64,000 bases of DNA from Macrostomum lignano (taxonomy: Eukaryota). The translations under genes and the position numbers were made by a program. Positions 44,148 through 58,100 of the stretch are shown one piece after another. The stretch is from assembly GCA_002269645.1 (NCBI GenBank), contig NIVC01002183.1, positions 62,001 through 126,000 on the forward strand, given 5' to 3'. The stretch's first letter is position 1, and every line of letters starts with the position of its first letter. The notes beneath the pieces are model-generated. The model worked only from the letters and a program-made list of their open reading frames with translations. It made no database searches and had not been told where the DNA came from.

Positions 44148-47100
44148 ATGGGCAGGCGAGCAGTTGGCACCACCAAGACTGGCCGGTTCATGAACCCGAC
44201 CGACCAGGCGCGGAAGGAGGCCAGGAAACGGGAGCTGAAGAAAAACAAAAAGCAGCGAATGCAGGTAAAAATTTGCTCATTGAAGGCAGCATGACAGGCT
44301 TATTGTCACCTGGCAATAAGTGTGTGACAATGACCTGGCAATAAGTGTGTGACAATAACCTGACAATGAGTGTGACAGTGACCTCATAATGAGTGTGTGA
44401 CAGTGACCTAACAATGAGTGCGTGACAATGACCTGGCAATAAGTGTGTGACAATGACCTGACAATGAGTGTGACAGTGACCTCATAATGAGTGTGTGACA
44501 GTGACCTAACAATGAGTGTGTGACAATGACCTGGCAATAAGTGTGTGACAATGACCTGACAATGAGTGTGTGACATTGACCTGGCAATGAGTGTGTGACA
44601 ATGAACTGACAATGAGTGTGTGACAGTGACCTCATAATGAGTGTGTGACAATGAACTGACAATGAGTGTGTGACAATGACCTGGCAATGAGTGTGTGACA
44701 ATGACCTGACAATGAGTGTGACAGTGACCTCATAATGAGTGTGTGACAGTGACCTAACAATGAGTGTGTGACAATGACCTGGCAATAAGTGTGTGACAAT
44801 GACCTGACAATGAGTGTGTGACATTGACCTGGCAATGAGTGTGTGACAATGAACTGACAATGAGTGTGTGACAGTGACCTCATAATGAGTGTGTGACAGT
44901 GACCTGGCAATGAGTGTGTGACAATGACCTGGCAATAAGTGTGTGACAATAACCTGACAATGAGTGTGACAGTGACCTCATAATGAGTGTGTGACAGTGA
45001 CCTAACAATGAGTGCGTGACAATGACCTGGCAATAAGTGTGTGACAATGAGTGTGACAGTGACCTCATAATGAGTGTGTGACAGTGACCTAACAATGAGT
45101 GTGTGACAATGACCTGGCAATAAGTGTGTGACAATGACCTGACAATGAGTGTGTGACAGTGACCTGGCAATGAGTGTGTGACAATGAACTGGCAATGAGT
45201 GTGTGACAATGACCTGGCAATGAGTGTGTGACAATGACCTGGCAATGAGTGTGTGACAGTGACCTGGCAATGAGTGTGTGACAATGACCTGGCAATGAGT
45301 GTGTGACAATGACCTGGCAATGAGTGTGTGACAGTGACCTGGCAATGAGTGTGTGACAATGACCTGACAATGAGTGTGTGACAATGACAATGACCTGGCA
45401 ATGAGTGTGTGACAATGACAATGACCTGGCAATGAGTGTGTGACAATGACAATGACCTGGCAATGAGTGTGTGACAATGACCTGGCAATGAGTGTGTGAC
45501 AATTACTTCCCATCTTGCAGGTGCGAACCAGCGTGCTGAAGGCGCGCCAACCAGACCAGATACTAATTGAGCTGGAAGAGTACGACAAAATGGAGCTGGA
45601 TCCGTCAGCTGAGGCCGACATCGGCGGCGGCAGCGCCGTTGGTTTCAGCGACGGCGAGAGGTTGGCACTGCGAGTTATTCAGGAGAAGCGCAGGAAACTG
45701 CTGGAGACCTACGACCGGATCCTGTCTATGGTTGTGAGTGCCTCTGCGCTGCTGTCGCTATCTTATCGTTAATTCATTTCTGTTCTACCTTCCAAATCCG
45801 CATTTCTAATCCTTAATCCGGAATCCCCATCCCTAATTCAGCATCCCGGCCCTGATTCCTAATCCATAATCTAGGATTATAGATTAATCCAGAATCCTGT
45901 TCAATCCATAATCCATATTTTTAATACAGGATTCAAATCCCTAATCCAGGAGCTCCAAATCCATATTTTCTATCCCTAGTCCATAAGTTCGTCTCTAATT
46001 CATAATTCTCCATTCCTAATCCACAATCACCATCACTAATCCATTATCCCATCACAAATCCATTATCCCATCACTAATCCATTATCCCATCACTAATCCA
46101 TTCTCCCATCAATAATCAATAATCCGTATCAATAATTCATTATCCCCATCAATAATCCGTTATCCTATCACTAATCCAGGACCCCCGCAGCACTAATCTA
46201 TGATCCCCTTCCTAGTCTTGTATCCCAATTCCGGAGCACTCGCAAGTATGCAAGTCAGCTGTCCCCATTTCCGCCAATTCTCATTGCCCCCCCCCCCCCA
46301 GCAACGCGAGAGCCCGGACGAGGCTGGCAAGCTGGTCGCCGCCCGCCAAGAGTACGAGCAGCGCCGGCAGCAGCGCGCGCTGTTCTACGAGCAGGTCCGA
46401 GCGGCCGAGAACGTCGACACCAGCAGCATCCCGCTGCCCTCGCTGCCGCCCGGCGCCACCCAAGCGCCCGGCTTCCCGCCCGTGTTCCCCGGCGGCGCCA
46501 TCCCGCCTCCGTCCAGCGTGTTCTCAGCTGACGGCGGCCTCCTGCCCGGCATTTTGAAAGCCTCGGCGCCACCGCCGCGGAAGAAGCCGGACAGAAAGCC
46601 GGCCGGGCCGCCGCCGGGACCGCCGCCGGACCTCTCCGACTGCGAGGACGAGCCGCCGTCAGCGAAGCCGCCTCCGGCACAGCCGCAGCAGCAGAAGTCG
46701 ATCCGATTCAGCGACGAGCCGGCGCCTCCCGGCGAGAAAGCGCCGGCGCCGGCGCCGCTGGTGCCGCCTGCGCCTTCGATGCACCCGAATCCGCCCGCGC
46801 CGGCGGCGGCAGCGGCGGCTGCGGCAGCTGCAGCAGCTGCGGCGGCGTCGCTTCATCGACCTCAGCCGGCGATGCCACCGCCGCCGCCGCCGCCTCAGGC
46901 GATTGTTCCGCCGCAGGCGCAGCCGCCGCCTGTCGCTCCGGCAGCCGCAGCCCCGGCCGAGGCCGGCCCCCGACGCCACGGCCAGACGAGCATCTCGGCT
47001 GCGCCGCAGTTGAAGAACCTGATCGGCGATGCCACCAAACTCGTGCCAACCGCGGTTCGGATCAAGCGAAGCGCCCAGCAGCAGCAGCAGCAGCAACAGA

Positions 47101-47303
47101 AGCAACTGCATCCAGCAATGGCTTCTTCCGCTGGTCATCAGCAGTCGGCGGCGGCAACTGCTGTCAGCGCCCCGCCAATCTCCGGCGTTATCGGTGTCGG
47201 CGACGAGGCCGCCGCTAGTCACCACCGTCAGCAGCAGATGAGCAGCAGCGCCAAGGACGACGCCTACGAGAAATTCATGCAGGAGATGCAGGGCCTGCTG
47301 TAA
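44148..47303 (+). CDS. WBP11: WW domain-binding protein 11 (SIPP1/NpwBP splicing factor)
   Basis: Exons 44148-44264, 45521-45733 and 46302-47303. MGRR...GRFMNPTDQARKEARKRELKKNKKQR N-terminus, SIPLP, proline-rich middle with PPGPPP, KLVPTAVRIKR, and C-terminal KDDAYEKFMQEMQGLL. Confidence 0.96.
44300..45502. repeat. ~22-bp minisatellite (TGACAATGACCTGGCAATGAGTGTG-like) filling WBP11 intron 1
   Basis: Tandem units run to within ~20 nt of the acceptor at 45520. Confidence 0.95.
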
Positions 47304-47517
47304 TAACAATCTTAACAACTGCTTTTAACGATGGCTTTGCATTGCAATTCTTGTGTGTAAATATATACTTGGCTAAGGTCTGACCCTACAGCACACATCT
47401 TACTGTGGCTGTTTGTGCAGAACCATTACTATTGATAGTTCCGTTCCTGTTCCGTACGAATTTAAATTGAGTGGCTTATCTTCATTTGTGTTGCATCATT
47501 TAATGTTAGCTTACCTG

Positions 47518-48572
47518 TTCTCAGGCTGAGTCACCGGTCACTTCCCCTGTCCTCTCAGGCTGAGTCACCGGTCACTTCCCCTCTGTTCTCAGGTTGAGTC
47601 ACCGGTCACTTCCCCTGTGCGCTCAGGTTGAGTCACCGGTCACTTCCCCTGTGTTCTCAGGTTGAGTCACCGGTCACTTCCCCTGTGTTCTCAGGTTGGT
47701 TCACCGGTCACTTCCCCTGTGCGCTCAGGTTGAGTCACCGGTCACTTCTCCTGTGTTCTCAGGTTGAGTCACCGGTCACTTCCCCTGTGTTCTCAGGTTG
47801 AGTCACCGGTCACTTCCCCTGTGTTCTCAGGATGAGTCACCGGTCACTTCCCCTGTGCGCTCAGATTGAGTCACCGGTCACTTCCCCTGTCTTCTCAGGC
47901 TGAGTCACCGGTCACTTCCCCTGTGTTCTCAGGTTGAGTCACCGGTCACTTCCCCTGTGTTCTCAGGTTGAGTCACCGGTCACTTCCCCTGTGTTCTCAG
48001 GTTGAGTCACCGGTCACTTCCCCTGTGTTCTCAGGCTGAGTCACCGGTCACTTCCCCTGTGTTCTCAGGTTGAGTCACCGGTCACTTCCCCTGTCTTCTC
48101 AGGCTGTGTCACCGGTCACTTCCCCTGTCCTCTCAGGTTGAGTCACCGGTCACTTCCCCTGTGTTCTCAGGTTGAGTCACCGGTCACTTCCCCTGTGTTC
48201 TCAGGTTGAGTCACCGGTCACTTCCCCTGTGTTCTCAGGCTGAGTCACCGGTCACTTCCCCTGTGTTCTCAGGTTGAGTCACCGGTCACTTCCCCTGTCT
48301 TCTCAGGCTGTGTCACCGGTCACTTCCCCTGTCCTCTCAGGTTGAGTCACCGGTCACTTCCCCTGTGTTCTCAGGTTGAGTCACCGGTCACTTCCCCTGT
48401 GTTCTCAGGTTGAGTCACCGGTCACTTCCCCTGTGTTCTCAGGTTGAGTCACCGGTCACTTCCCCTGTGTTCTCAGGTTGAGTCACCGGTCACTTCCCCT
48501 GTCTTCTCAGGCTGTGTCACCGGTCACTTCCCCTGTCCTCTCAGGTTGAGTCACCGGTCACTTCCCCTGTCA
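47518..48572. repeat. 34-bp minisatellite (CTCAGGTTGAGTCACCGGTCACTTCCCCTGTGTT), ~31 copies
   Basis: Highly homogeneous tandem array. Confidence 0.97.
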
Positions 48573-48729
48573 CTCATTGTGAAGTGGTAGTGGGGCTCTG
48601 ACCGATGGATATCAGCACTAAAAGCAACAAATAATCGCCGTACTTCACCTGTACGTACGTTAGTCTCAACTAGACTAACTTCGGTTATTAAACTTTGACC
48701 GTCTGGAAGCAGTCCTTTGATCTTTCCGC

Positions 48730-48955
48730 TCACATACAGTGCCACAAAATTGCTATAAACATGCGCTAGCTGCAACAGAGTACATACAGTGCCACAACAT
48801 TGCTATAAACATGCGCTAGCTGCAACAGAGTACATACAGTGCCACAACATTGCTATAAACATGCGCTAGCTGCAACAGAGTACATACAGTGCCACAACAT
48901 TGCTATAAACATGCGCTAGCTGCAACAGAGTACATACAGTGCCACAACATTGCTA
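48730..48955. repeat. 50-bp tandem repeat (x~4.5)
   Basis: Unit TACATACAGTGCCACAACATTGCTATAAACATGCGCTAGCTGCAACAGAG. Confidence 0.9.
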
Positions 48956-49194
48956 TCGGATGCTCTCTTCAAAGTAACAAACGCTGTTGTCAGCGCTTTA
49001 TAGCAAGCCCCAATTGCCATAGACTATTTTCAAGACACTTGATCTCTCTCGCCATCCGTCTGATTCCGTATTAGTGCAATAACAAGCAAGCAAGCAAGAT
49101 TTCATCCCCGCCCCCCGGATCTGCTTCCTGTGTGTCGAGTCTGTCTTTATTATTACAAATTAGTTCTCTTGTCGCGGCCAAAAAGCGTAGGGCC

Positions 49195-52100
49195 ATGCCG
49201 ACCGAGCAAGAGGAATTGACTGGTGAGCACCAAGAAGGCCTCTCTGAACGGGCAGCGCCTCTCACTAATCAGCACGCCAGCGAAAAAGGCAGCAGAGACT
49301 CCCGCAGCCGAGGCAGCAGCCACTTCTCCACGGATGTTTTTCGCGGCAGCAGTATGCCATTCTGGGAGGACGACGACGAAGTGAGCAACGACAACGTGGT
49401 GAGCCCGAGGAGCGGCATGATCCAGGCTTGCAACCTGGATGAGATGTCCGAGAGCGATTTCATCGACACTAAAAAGGACTGCAACAAAACTAGCAAGGAG
49501 ATCGCCGAAATTATCAAGCAGATCAATTCGCTGGTGCTGTTTCAAGGATACGAGGACAAGGAGCTGAAGGTAACACGCCAGAATACTCTGTCAGTTAGGT
49601 CGTAAAACAAAAGCCGCGTCACAGGACGCTCGGATGATGTGGCCTGCCAGCTGGAACCGTCACTTCTACTAAAGCAACAGTGACACAATTTCTAGGCGCC
49701 ATTGCACATTTACTGACATTCATTGACCCAAGCACAATCTCCTCACTTACAGTCGGTCATTGGCTACATGTACCGGCGCAAAGTAACCAAAGGCGAGGTG
49801 GTGATCAAACAGGGCGACGTGGGCGACGCCTTCTTCGTCATTCGAAGCGGCAAGTACGACTGCACGGTGATGAAGGGAGGCAAGAGCACCAGGATTCGAA
49901 CTTACGAAGGCTCCGGTTACTTCGGTGAACTGAATTCTACTGTTTTTGTTAAAATAGATTATAATATTAATACGAGCTAATACTGCTATAATACTACTGA
50001 ATGATACTAATAGTTTCACAAATAGGTACTACAGATAATTAACCGATACTACCGATAGCTAATAGATACTACTGATAACTAACAGATACTACTGATAGCT
50101 AACAGATACTACTGATAGCTAACAGATACTACTGATAACTAACAGATACTACTGATAGCTAACAGATACTACTGATAACTAACAGATACTACTGATAGCT
50201 AACAGATACTACTGATAGCTAACAGATACTACTGATAGCTAACAGATACTACTGATAGCTAACAGATACTACTGATAACTAACAGATACTACTGATAGCT
50301 AACAGATACTACTGATAACTAACAGATACTACTGATAACTAACAGATACTACTGATAGCTAACAGATACTACTGATAGCTAACAGATACTACTGATAACT
50401 AACAGATACTACTGATAGCTAACAAATACTACTGATAACTAACAGATACTACTGATAGCTAACAGATACTACTGATAACTAACAGATACTACTGATAACT
50501 AACAGATACTACTGATAGCTAACAGATACTACTGATAGCTAACAGATACTACTGATAACTAACAGATACTACTGATAGCTAACAGACACTACTGATAACT
50601 AACAGATACTACTGATAACTAACAGATACTACTGATAGCTAACAGATACTACTGATAACTAACAGATACTACTGATAGCTAACAGATACTACTGATAGCT
50701 AACAGATACTACTGATAACTAACAGATACTACTGATAGCTAACAGATACTACTGATAACTAACAGGTACTACTGATAGCTAACAGATACTACTGATAGCT
50801 AACAGACTACTGATAGCTAACAGATACTACTGATAGCTAACAGATACTACTGATAGCTAACAGATACTACTGATAGCTAACAGATACTGCTGATAGCTAA
50901 CAGATACTACTGATAACTAACAGATACTACTGATAGCTAACAGACACTACTGATAACTAACAGATACTACTGATAACTAACAGATACTACTGATAGCTAA
51001 CAGATACTACTGATAACTAACAGATACTACTGATAGCTAACAGATACTACTGATAACTAACAAATACTACTGATAGCTAACAGATACTACTGATAACTAA
51101 CAGATACTACTGATAACTAACAGATACTACTGATAGCTAACAGATACTACTGATAACTAACAGATACTACTGATAGCTAACAGATACTACTGATAGCTAA
51201 CAGATACTACTGATAGCTAACAGATACTACTGATAACTAACAGATACTACTGATAACTAACAGATACTACTGATAACTAACAGATACTACTGATAACTAA
51301 CAAATACTACTGATAACTAACAAATACTACTGATAGCTAACAGATACTACTGATAGCTAACAGATACTACTGATAACTAACAGATACTACTGATAGCTAA
51401 CAGATACTACTGATAGCTAACAAATACTACTGATAACTAACAGATACTACTGATAGCTAACAGATACTACTGATAACTAACAGATACTACTGATAACTAA
51501 CAGATACTACTGATAGCTAACAGATACTACTGATAGCTAACAGATACTACTGATAACTAACAGATACTACTGATAGCTAACAGACACTACTGATAACTAA
51601 CAGATACTACTGATAACTAACAGATACTACTGATAGCTAACAGATACTACTGATAACTAACAGATACTACTGATAACTAACAGATACTACTGATAACTAA
51701 CAGATACTACTGATAGCTAACAGATACTACTGATAACTAACAGATACTACTGATAACTAACAGATACTACTGATAGCTAACAGATACTACTGATAGCTAA
51801 CAGATACTACTGATAGCTAACAGATACTACTGATAGCTAACAGATACTACTGATAACTAACAGATACTACTGATAGCTAACAGATACTACTGATAACTAA
51901 CAGATACTACTGATAGCTAACAGATACTACTGATAGCTAACAGATACTACTGATAACTAACAGATACTACTGATAGCTAACAAATACTACTGATAACTAA
52001 CAGATACTACTGATAGCTAACAGATACTACTGATAACTAACAGATACTACTGATAACTAACAGATACTACTGATAGCTAACAGATACTACTGATAGCTAA

Positions 52101-53951
52101 CAGATACTACTGATAACTAACAGATACTACTGATAACTAACAGATACTACTGATAGCTAACAGATACTACTGATAACTAACAGATACTACTGATAACTAA
52201 CAGATACTACTGATAGCTAACAAATACTACTGATAACTAACAAATACTACTGATAGCTAACAGATACTACTGATAGCTAACAGATACTACTGATAACTAA
52301 CAGATACTACTGATAGCTAACAGATACTACTGATAGCTAACAGATACTACTGATAACTAACAGATACTACTGATAGCTAACAAATACTACTGATAACTAA
52401 CAGATACTACTGATAGCTAACAGATACTACTGATAACTAACAGATACTACTGATAACTAACAGATACTACTGATAGCTAACAGATACTACTGATAGCTAA
52501 CAGATACTACTGATAACTAACAGATACTACTGATAGCTAACAGACACTACTGATAACTAACAGATACTACTGATAACTAACAGATACTACTGATAGCTAA
52601 CAAATACTACTGATAACTAACAGATACTACTGATAGCTAACAAATACTACTGATAACTAACAGATACTACTGATAGCTAACAGATACTACTGATAACTAA
52701 CAGATACTACTGATAACTAACAGATACTACTGATAGCTAACAGATACTACTGATAGCTAACAGATACTACTGATAACTAGCAGATACTACTGATAGCTAA
52801 CAGACACTACTGATAACTAACAGATACTACTGATAACTAACAGATACTACTGATAGCTAACAGATACTACTGATAACTAACAGATACTACTGATAGCTAA
52901 CAGATACTACTGATAACTAACAGATACTACTGATAGCTAACAGATACTACTGATAACTAACAGATACTACTGATAGCTAACAGATACTACTGATAACTAA
53001 CAGATACTACTGATAGCTAACAAATACTACTGATAACTAACAGATACTACTGATAGCTAACAGATACTACTGATAACTAACAGATACTACTGATAGCTAA
53101 CAGATACTACTGATAACTAACAGATACTACTGATAGCTAACAAATACTACTGATAACTAACAGATACTACTGATAGCTAACAGATACTACTGATAACTAA
53201 CAGATACTACTGATAGCTAACAGATACTACTGATAACTAACAGATACTACTGATAGCTAACAGATACTACTGATAACTAACAGATACTACTGATAGCTAA
53301 CAGATACTACTGATAACTAACAGATACTACTGATAGCTAACAGATACTACTGATAACTAACAGATACTACTGATAGCTAACAGATACTACTGATAACTAA
53401 CAAATACTACTATCAAAACCCCGCCGCCAGGTGACCTGGCTCTCGTCAATCACGCCCCTCGCGCTGCCAGCATCACGGCCCTGACAGACGGTGAGCTGTG
53501 GGTGCTGAACGCAACTCGCTACGTTTGGTTGAAAAAGAATCAAGCGGTTCGCAATGCAGAATGCTTCGAGCGAGTCATCCGGCAGATCCCATTGTTCAGC
53601 AACAACCTCACGGACAGTCACGTGAATAGTCTTATTGACGCGATAGAAGTACTCACCATGCACAAAGGTGACGTCATCTGTCGTCAGGGCGAGCCGGGCG
53701 ACGCGATGTACTTTATCTTGGACGGCAGCGTCAGCGTCTTGGTCGGCGGCAAGCAGGTGCGCACAATGGGCGCCAATGAGTTCTTTGGCGAGCGGGCGCT
53801 CGTGCTTGACGAGGGTCGAGCGGCCACCTGCTCGGCGCTGTCCGATGTCAAACTGGCCAAGCTGCCTAAGGAGAGCTTTGAAATGCTCATCCCAGATTCT
53901 GTGGTTGCTAGCATGCGGGAGTACGTTGCCAAGGCCTACGCTAGTGAGTAA
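49195..53951 (+). CDS. cAMP-dependent protein kinase regulatory subunit-like protein (two cNMP-binding domains)
   Basis: Exons 49195-49569, 49753-49924 and 53431-53951. [22 protein letters not shown]|[15 protein letters not shown] and [34 protein letters not shown]. The start codon is uncertain. Confidence 0.85.
50040..53411. repeat. 20-bp satellite AACAGATACTACTGATA(G/A)CT, ~168 copies, filling intron 2 of the PKA-R-like gene
   Basis: Direct inspection. Confidence 0.98.
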
Positions 53952-54035
53952 TTTGAGCATATTGCAGTTGATCGCAATAGATTGCAGTAGATTGCAGTAA
54001 ATTGTGATTCTTGATAAATGTTACGCAATATTTGA

Positions 54036-54598
54036 TTCCCAATACCCAATACCCGATTCCCAATACCCAATACCCAATTCCCAATACCCAATACCCAATT
54101 CCCAATACCCAATACCCAATTCCCAATATCAATACCCAATACCCAATTCCCAATACCCAATACCCAATTCCCAATATCAATACCCAATACCCAATACCCA
54201 ATACCCAATACCCAATTCCCAATACCCAATACCCAATACCCAATACCCAATACCCAATACCCAATACCCAATTCTCAATCCGATTTCTAATACCCGATTC
54301 CCGATACCCAATACCCAATTCCCAATGCCCAATACCCAATTCCTAATACCCGATTCCCAATACCCAATTCCCAATATCCGATTCCCAATTCCCAATACCC
54401 GATTCCTAATTCCCAATACCCAATTCCCAATATCAATACCCAATACCCAATACCCAATACCCGATTCCTAATTCCCAATACCAGATTCCCAATACCCAAT
54501 ACCCAATACCCGATTCCTAGTACCCGATTTCCAATACCCAATACCCGATTCCCGATACCCAATACCCGATTCCTAATACCAGATTCTCAATACCCGAG
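54036..54598. repeat. 7-bp CCCAATA/CCCAATT repeat
   Basis: Direct inspection. Confidence 0.95.
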
Positions 54599-55155
54599 TC
54601 ACACTGAGCAGTAGAATTTTCAACAATAATAAAGCCACTATTTTCAATACTTGCATTTCAGAGACAGCTCAAAAATAGGCACGAGCCAACGGTCAGTCAA
54701 GGACTGCCAATCCAGTCAGACCCTGAAAGCAGTTTATGCGCAAGTTTTTTTTAAAAAAAGAAAAAATTTCTGTTTTCTGCGCCGCCGTTGCCAAAACAAA
54801 CTTATTCAGTTGAAAGAAATGCGTCCTGTTCCGCTCTCTGGAAAATCTGCAACTTTCTGCCTGCTTATTTCGATTTAAAAATGAAATCGAACCAAAAGAA
54901 CATACCAGAGATGGCCTGCAACCAACAATTGTTTCGGTCAAATAATATACCGGCTCCGTCATTTGTCTTGACTTTATTTACTATGTTTTCAAGTGCAAAT
55001 CTCTATATAGGTATGCGTGTGTATATTACAGTGCAAATTCATGATTAGCATGACAATTTCAAGCAGACACACTGCATCACAGAATACAAAACACAAACAG
55101 CAAACAATTTGACCAGCGAACATTGCATGGACTGTTCTCGTCATTCTGTCTCTTC

Positions 55156-58100
55156 CTAATCGTCGTTTTCGAGATCCTCGTACCAGGCTTTGCCGGATCG
55201 GCGAGGTGGTGGCGGCGGCGGCGTCGGCGACGGCAACTTCGTCGACGAAGCCGGAATCGGCGGCACCGCGGCCAGGAGTGCAACAGCGGCGCTGCACAGC
55301 AGTTGCCGAGCTTCCGGCGTGGTCGCGGCCGCTCTGAGCAGCAGAATGTTTTCGTCAACCTCGACCAGGTCGAAGCCCAGCCCGGACAGCAGCTGCTGAC
55401 AGCCGGGCAGTCGCCACAGACTCGCCGGCAGGCGGGCGGCCACCTCGGCCGAGGCGACGGCTTCGTCCAAGTGGCCGGCCAGCTGGGCGAGCAGCGGTGG
55501 CGGAGCGGCCAGCAGGCGGCAGAGGGCGGCCAGGCAGCGGTCGGGCAGGCGGAGCAGCGCGCGGACCGCCTCGGCTATCCGCGTCACGTGACCCGCCAGG
55601 TCGGCGCTCGGCGGGCGCGGCAGCCGGCTCTCCCGCGGATTTCTTCCCGACGCTCTGCCGACGTCAGCGCTGTTGTCGTCGTCCTCGGCAAAATGAAATC
55701 GCAGCGCGCGTAGCAGCGAGCGCCAGGGCGTCAAGCTGCTCAACATCGGTGCAGCGGGGACGGCGCCGACGGCATCCAGCAGGTTCAGCAGCTGGCGCAG
55801 CGAGCGGCGACAGTCGGCGGGGTCCGCTGTCGAGTTCGCCAATTGCAGGCCGGCGGCGAAAGCCTCGGCGATCCGGCCGGCGCGCGGTCTCAGCGCCGAC
55901 TCCGGGCTCCCTAGCAACAGGACTCGACAGTCGCTGAAAGAGGCAACGCTTGAGGCGGCCCGGCCAGCTGGCTCTTCTCGAATCAGCGACTCCAGCAGGC
56001 GCGCCGCTGCGGCCTCCAGGCGGCTGGCATCCGGCTGCAGCAGAAGCAGCACCGTTGGAGGCGCCTCACCAGCCAGCAGACTCCGGCATCGCTCCAGTAG
56101 GCGGCGAGAGTGTCGACGGAGATTGTTGCTATGGCAACAGTGGGTGACAACCGCCAGTCGGCAGTGACAGCCTCCGAGCCGTCGCCAGGCTTCGCCAGTT
56201 GCCAGCAGCTCCCCGTCCTCCTCCTCGCTGTCGGTCGCGCAGGCTGGCAGCGCCAGGTGCAGAAGCTCCGCCCGCGGCGGCCCGTCCGCCATCGAGGCTG
56301 GCAGCCCGCCGAGCTGCTCGCACAGCCGGTTCCAGCTCGCCCGCTCCGTTGCCTGGCAACCGTCAGCTACCGTTTCCAATGGCAACTCGTCATCCTCCTG
56401 CTGGTCCTCCGCCTGCGAAGCTGCCCGACAGCGGCCGAGGCTCGCCAGACTCGTCGCCATGGTGAATCCTCCAGTCGGTCGGAGCTCCGCCAGCTCGGCG
56501 AGAAGTTGCGGCTCCGCCACCAGCGCAGTTCGCCAGTCGGGCTTCGATTCCGGCGCCAGCTGCTCCAGCAGGCCCTGCCAGGCTGTTTGGTTTCCATAGC
56601 AACAGTCCAGCGAGCAGGCCGCAGACTTTTCTACGCAGCCAGGCGGTCCGCAAAGAAGCCAGCCGTGCAGGCGGCCTTCAGCCACGGAAAAGTACAAAAT
56701 CCGCCAGTCTCCATCGGACGCGCTGGAGGACAGCTTCGACCAGAAGTCGCTGTCGCCAAGTGCCGACGCCGATACATACACCTTGTCAGATTCAAGCTCG
56801 CGACGTCGTTCGGCGAGTTGCAGGGCCTCGGCGGCATTCGCGTCCATCAACAGATGCTCCAGCGATTCAAGGCAGGTCAACAACGCAGCCAGTTGACGAG
56901 ATTCAGCTTCGGCATCCGCCGAGTTGGTCAGCCGTCGTGCCAGAAGCTCGGTCAGTAGCCGATCCGACTGACGAAGCTCTTCAACAGCCGCAGCCGATTC
57001 GCCCAGAATCCTCAGCGACAGCCCGAGTTCGAATCTGGCCCCGGCTTCCGCCTCGGGCTCCGCCGCTCCCCGTTGAGCTTCCAGGGCGCACTGCAGCCGA
57101 GACGCCGCGTCAGCCGCCTCGCCGAGGCCCCGCAGCACCCGGCCGACGCTCGTCAGGGCGCGGAGTCGAATCGCCGAATTGGAACTGGCGGCTGCTGCCG
57201 CGAGCTCCAGGTGCTGCATAACGGCGGTGGCGGAATCTCCGGCCAGTTCCAGGGCGTGAGCCAGGTTCAGGTGGGCCCGGCCGACCGCTGCTGCTGCTAC
57301 GGTATTGTCTTGCGCTCCTTCTGTTCCGCTTCTGGTTCCGTTTCCGGTTGTAGTTTCGGTTCCACTTTCACTTCCGGCTGCATTTCCGGTTGCATTTCCG
57401 GTTCCGTTTTCAGTCCCAGTCGCAACTTCAAGCTTGCTGCTTTCAACATCACGACTCTTCGCTTCTTCCGCGGCAGCTTCAGCTGCCAGCAGCTCCGCCC
57501 GGTGCCAGTTGACAGCCTCGGTCGGGTCCCGGCCAGCCGCCAAGCAGAGCGCGCCAAGCGCGGCCGCAGCGTCCGCTTCGCCGGCGCGCCAGCCGGCCGC
57601 CACCGCGGAGCGCAGACGCGCTGTCTGGCAGGCCTCCGCGCGCTGCCAGGCGCCGGCGCTGACATGCAGCCGCGCCATCCCGGCGTAGGCGCCGGCGGCC
57701 CAGTCTGGCCGGCGGGCCTCGTGCGCCGCCAGCAGGCGCCGTTCGTGCGCCAGCAGCGCCAGCTCCGGCCGGCCGGCGGCCTCCTGGCATTCGGCCAGAC
57801 AGGTGCAGGCCTCCTGCAGAGCCTCCGGGCTGTCAGCCGCGGCCGCTGCCCAACGCTCGCAGCAGTCGGCGGCCGCTTCCGGTTGGCCGAGCCGACGCCG
57901 GAAGTTGGCCAGCCGGGCCAGGGCCTCGCGGCGGCCGGCGGTGGCCTCAGCGGAGTTGGCGCTTTTTAGCAGCTGCAACCGGCGCTCGCACAGCACCTCG
58001 GCTTCGCGCAGATCACCAGCATCAGAGCGAGCTTCCGCCAGGTGTGCGCAGGCTCGGGCTTCGACTTCCGGTCGACAGCAACCGGAAGCAACCGCTTTAG

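Noticed and set aside
44188-45621. His/Cys-rich minus-strand ORFs resembling metal-binding proteins
   Set aside because: Translation of the WBP11 intron-1 minisatellite.
47518-48572. CRISPR-like regular array (also 4003-4310 and 50040-53411)
   Set aside because: Head-to-tail units with no unique spacers, no cas genes and a eukaryotic context.
53936-54562. (GIGYWVL)n and (PNTQYPI)n ORFs
   Set aside because: 7-bp tandem repeat downstream of the PKA-R-like stop.
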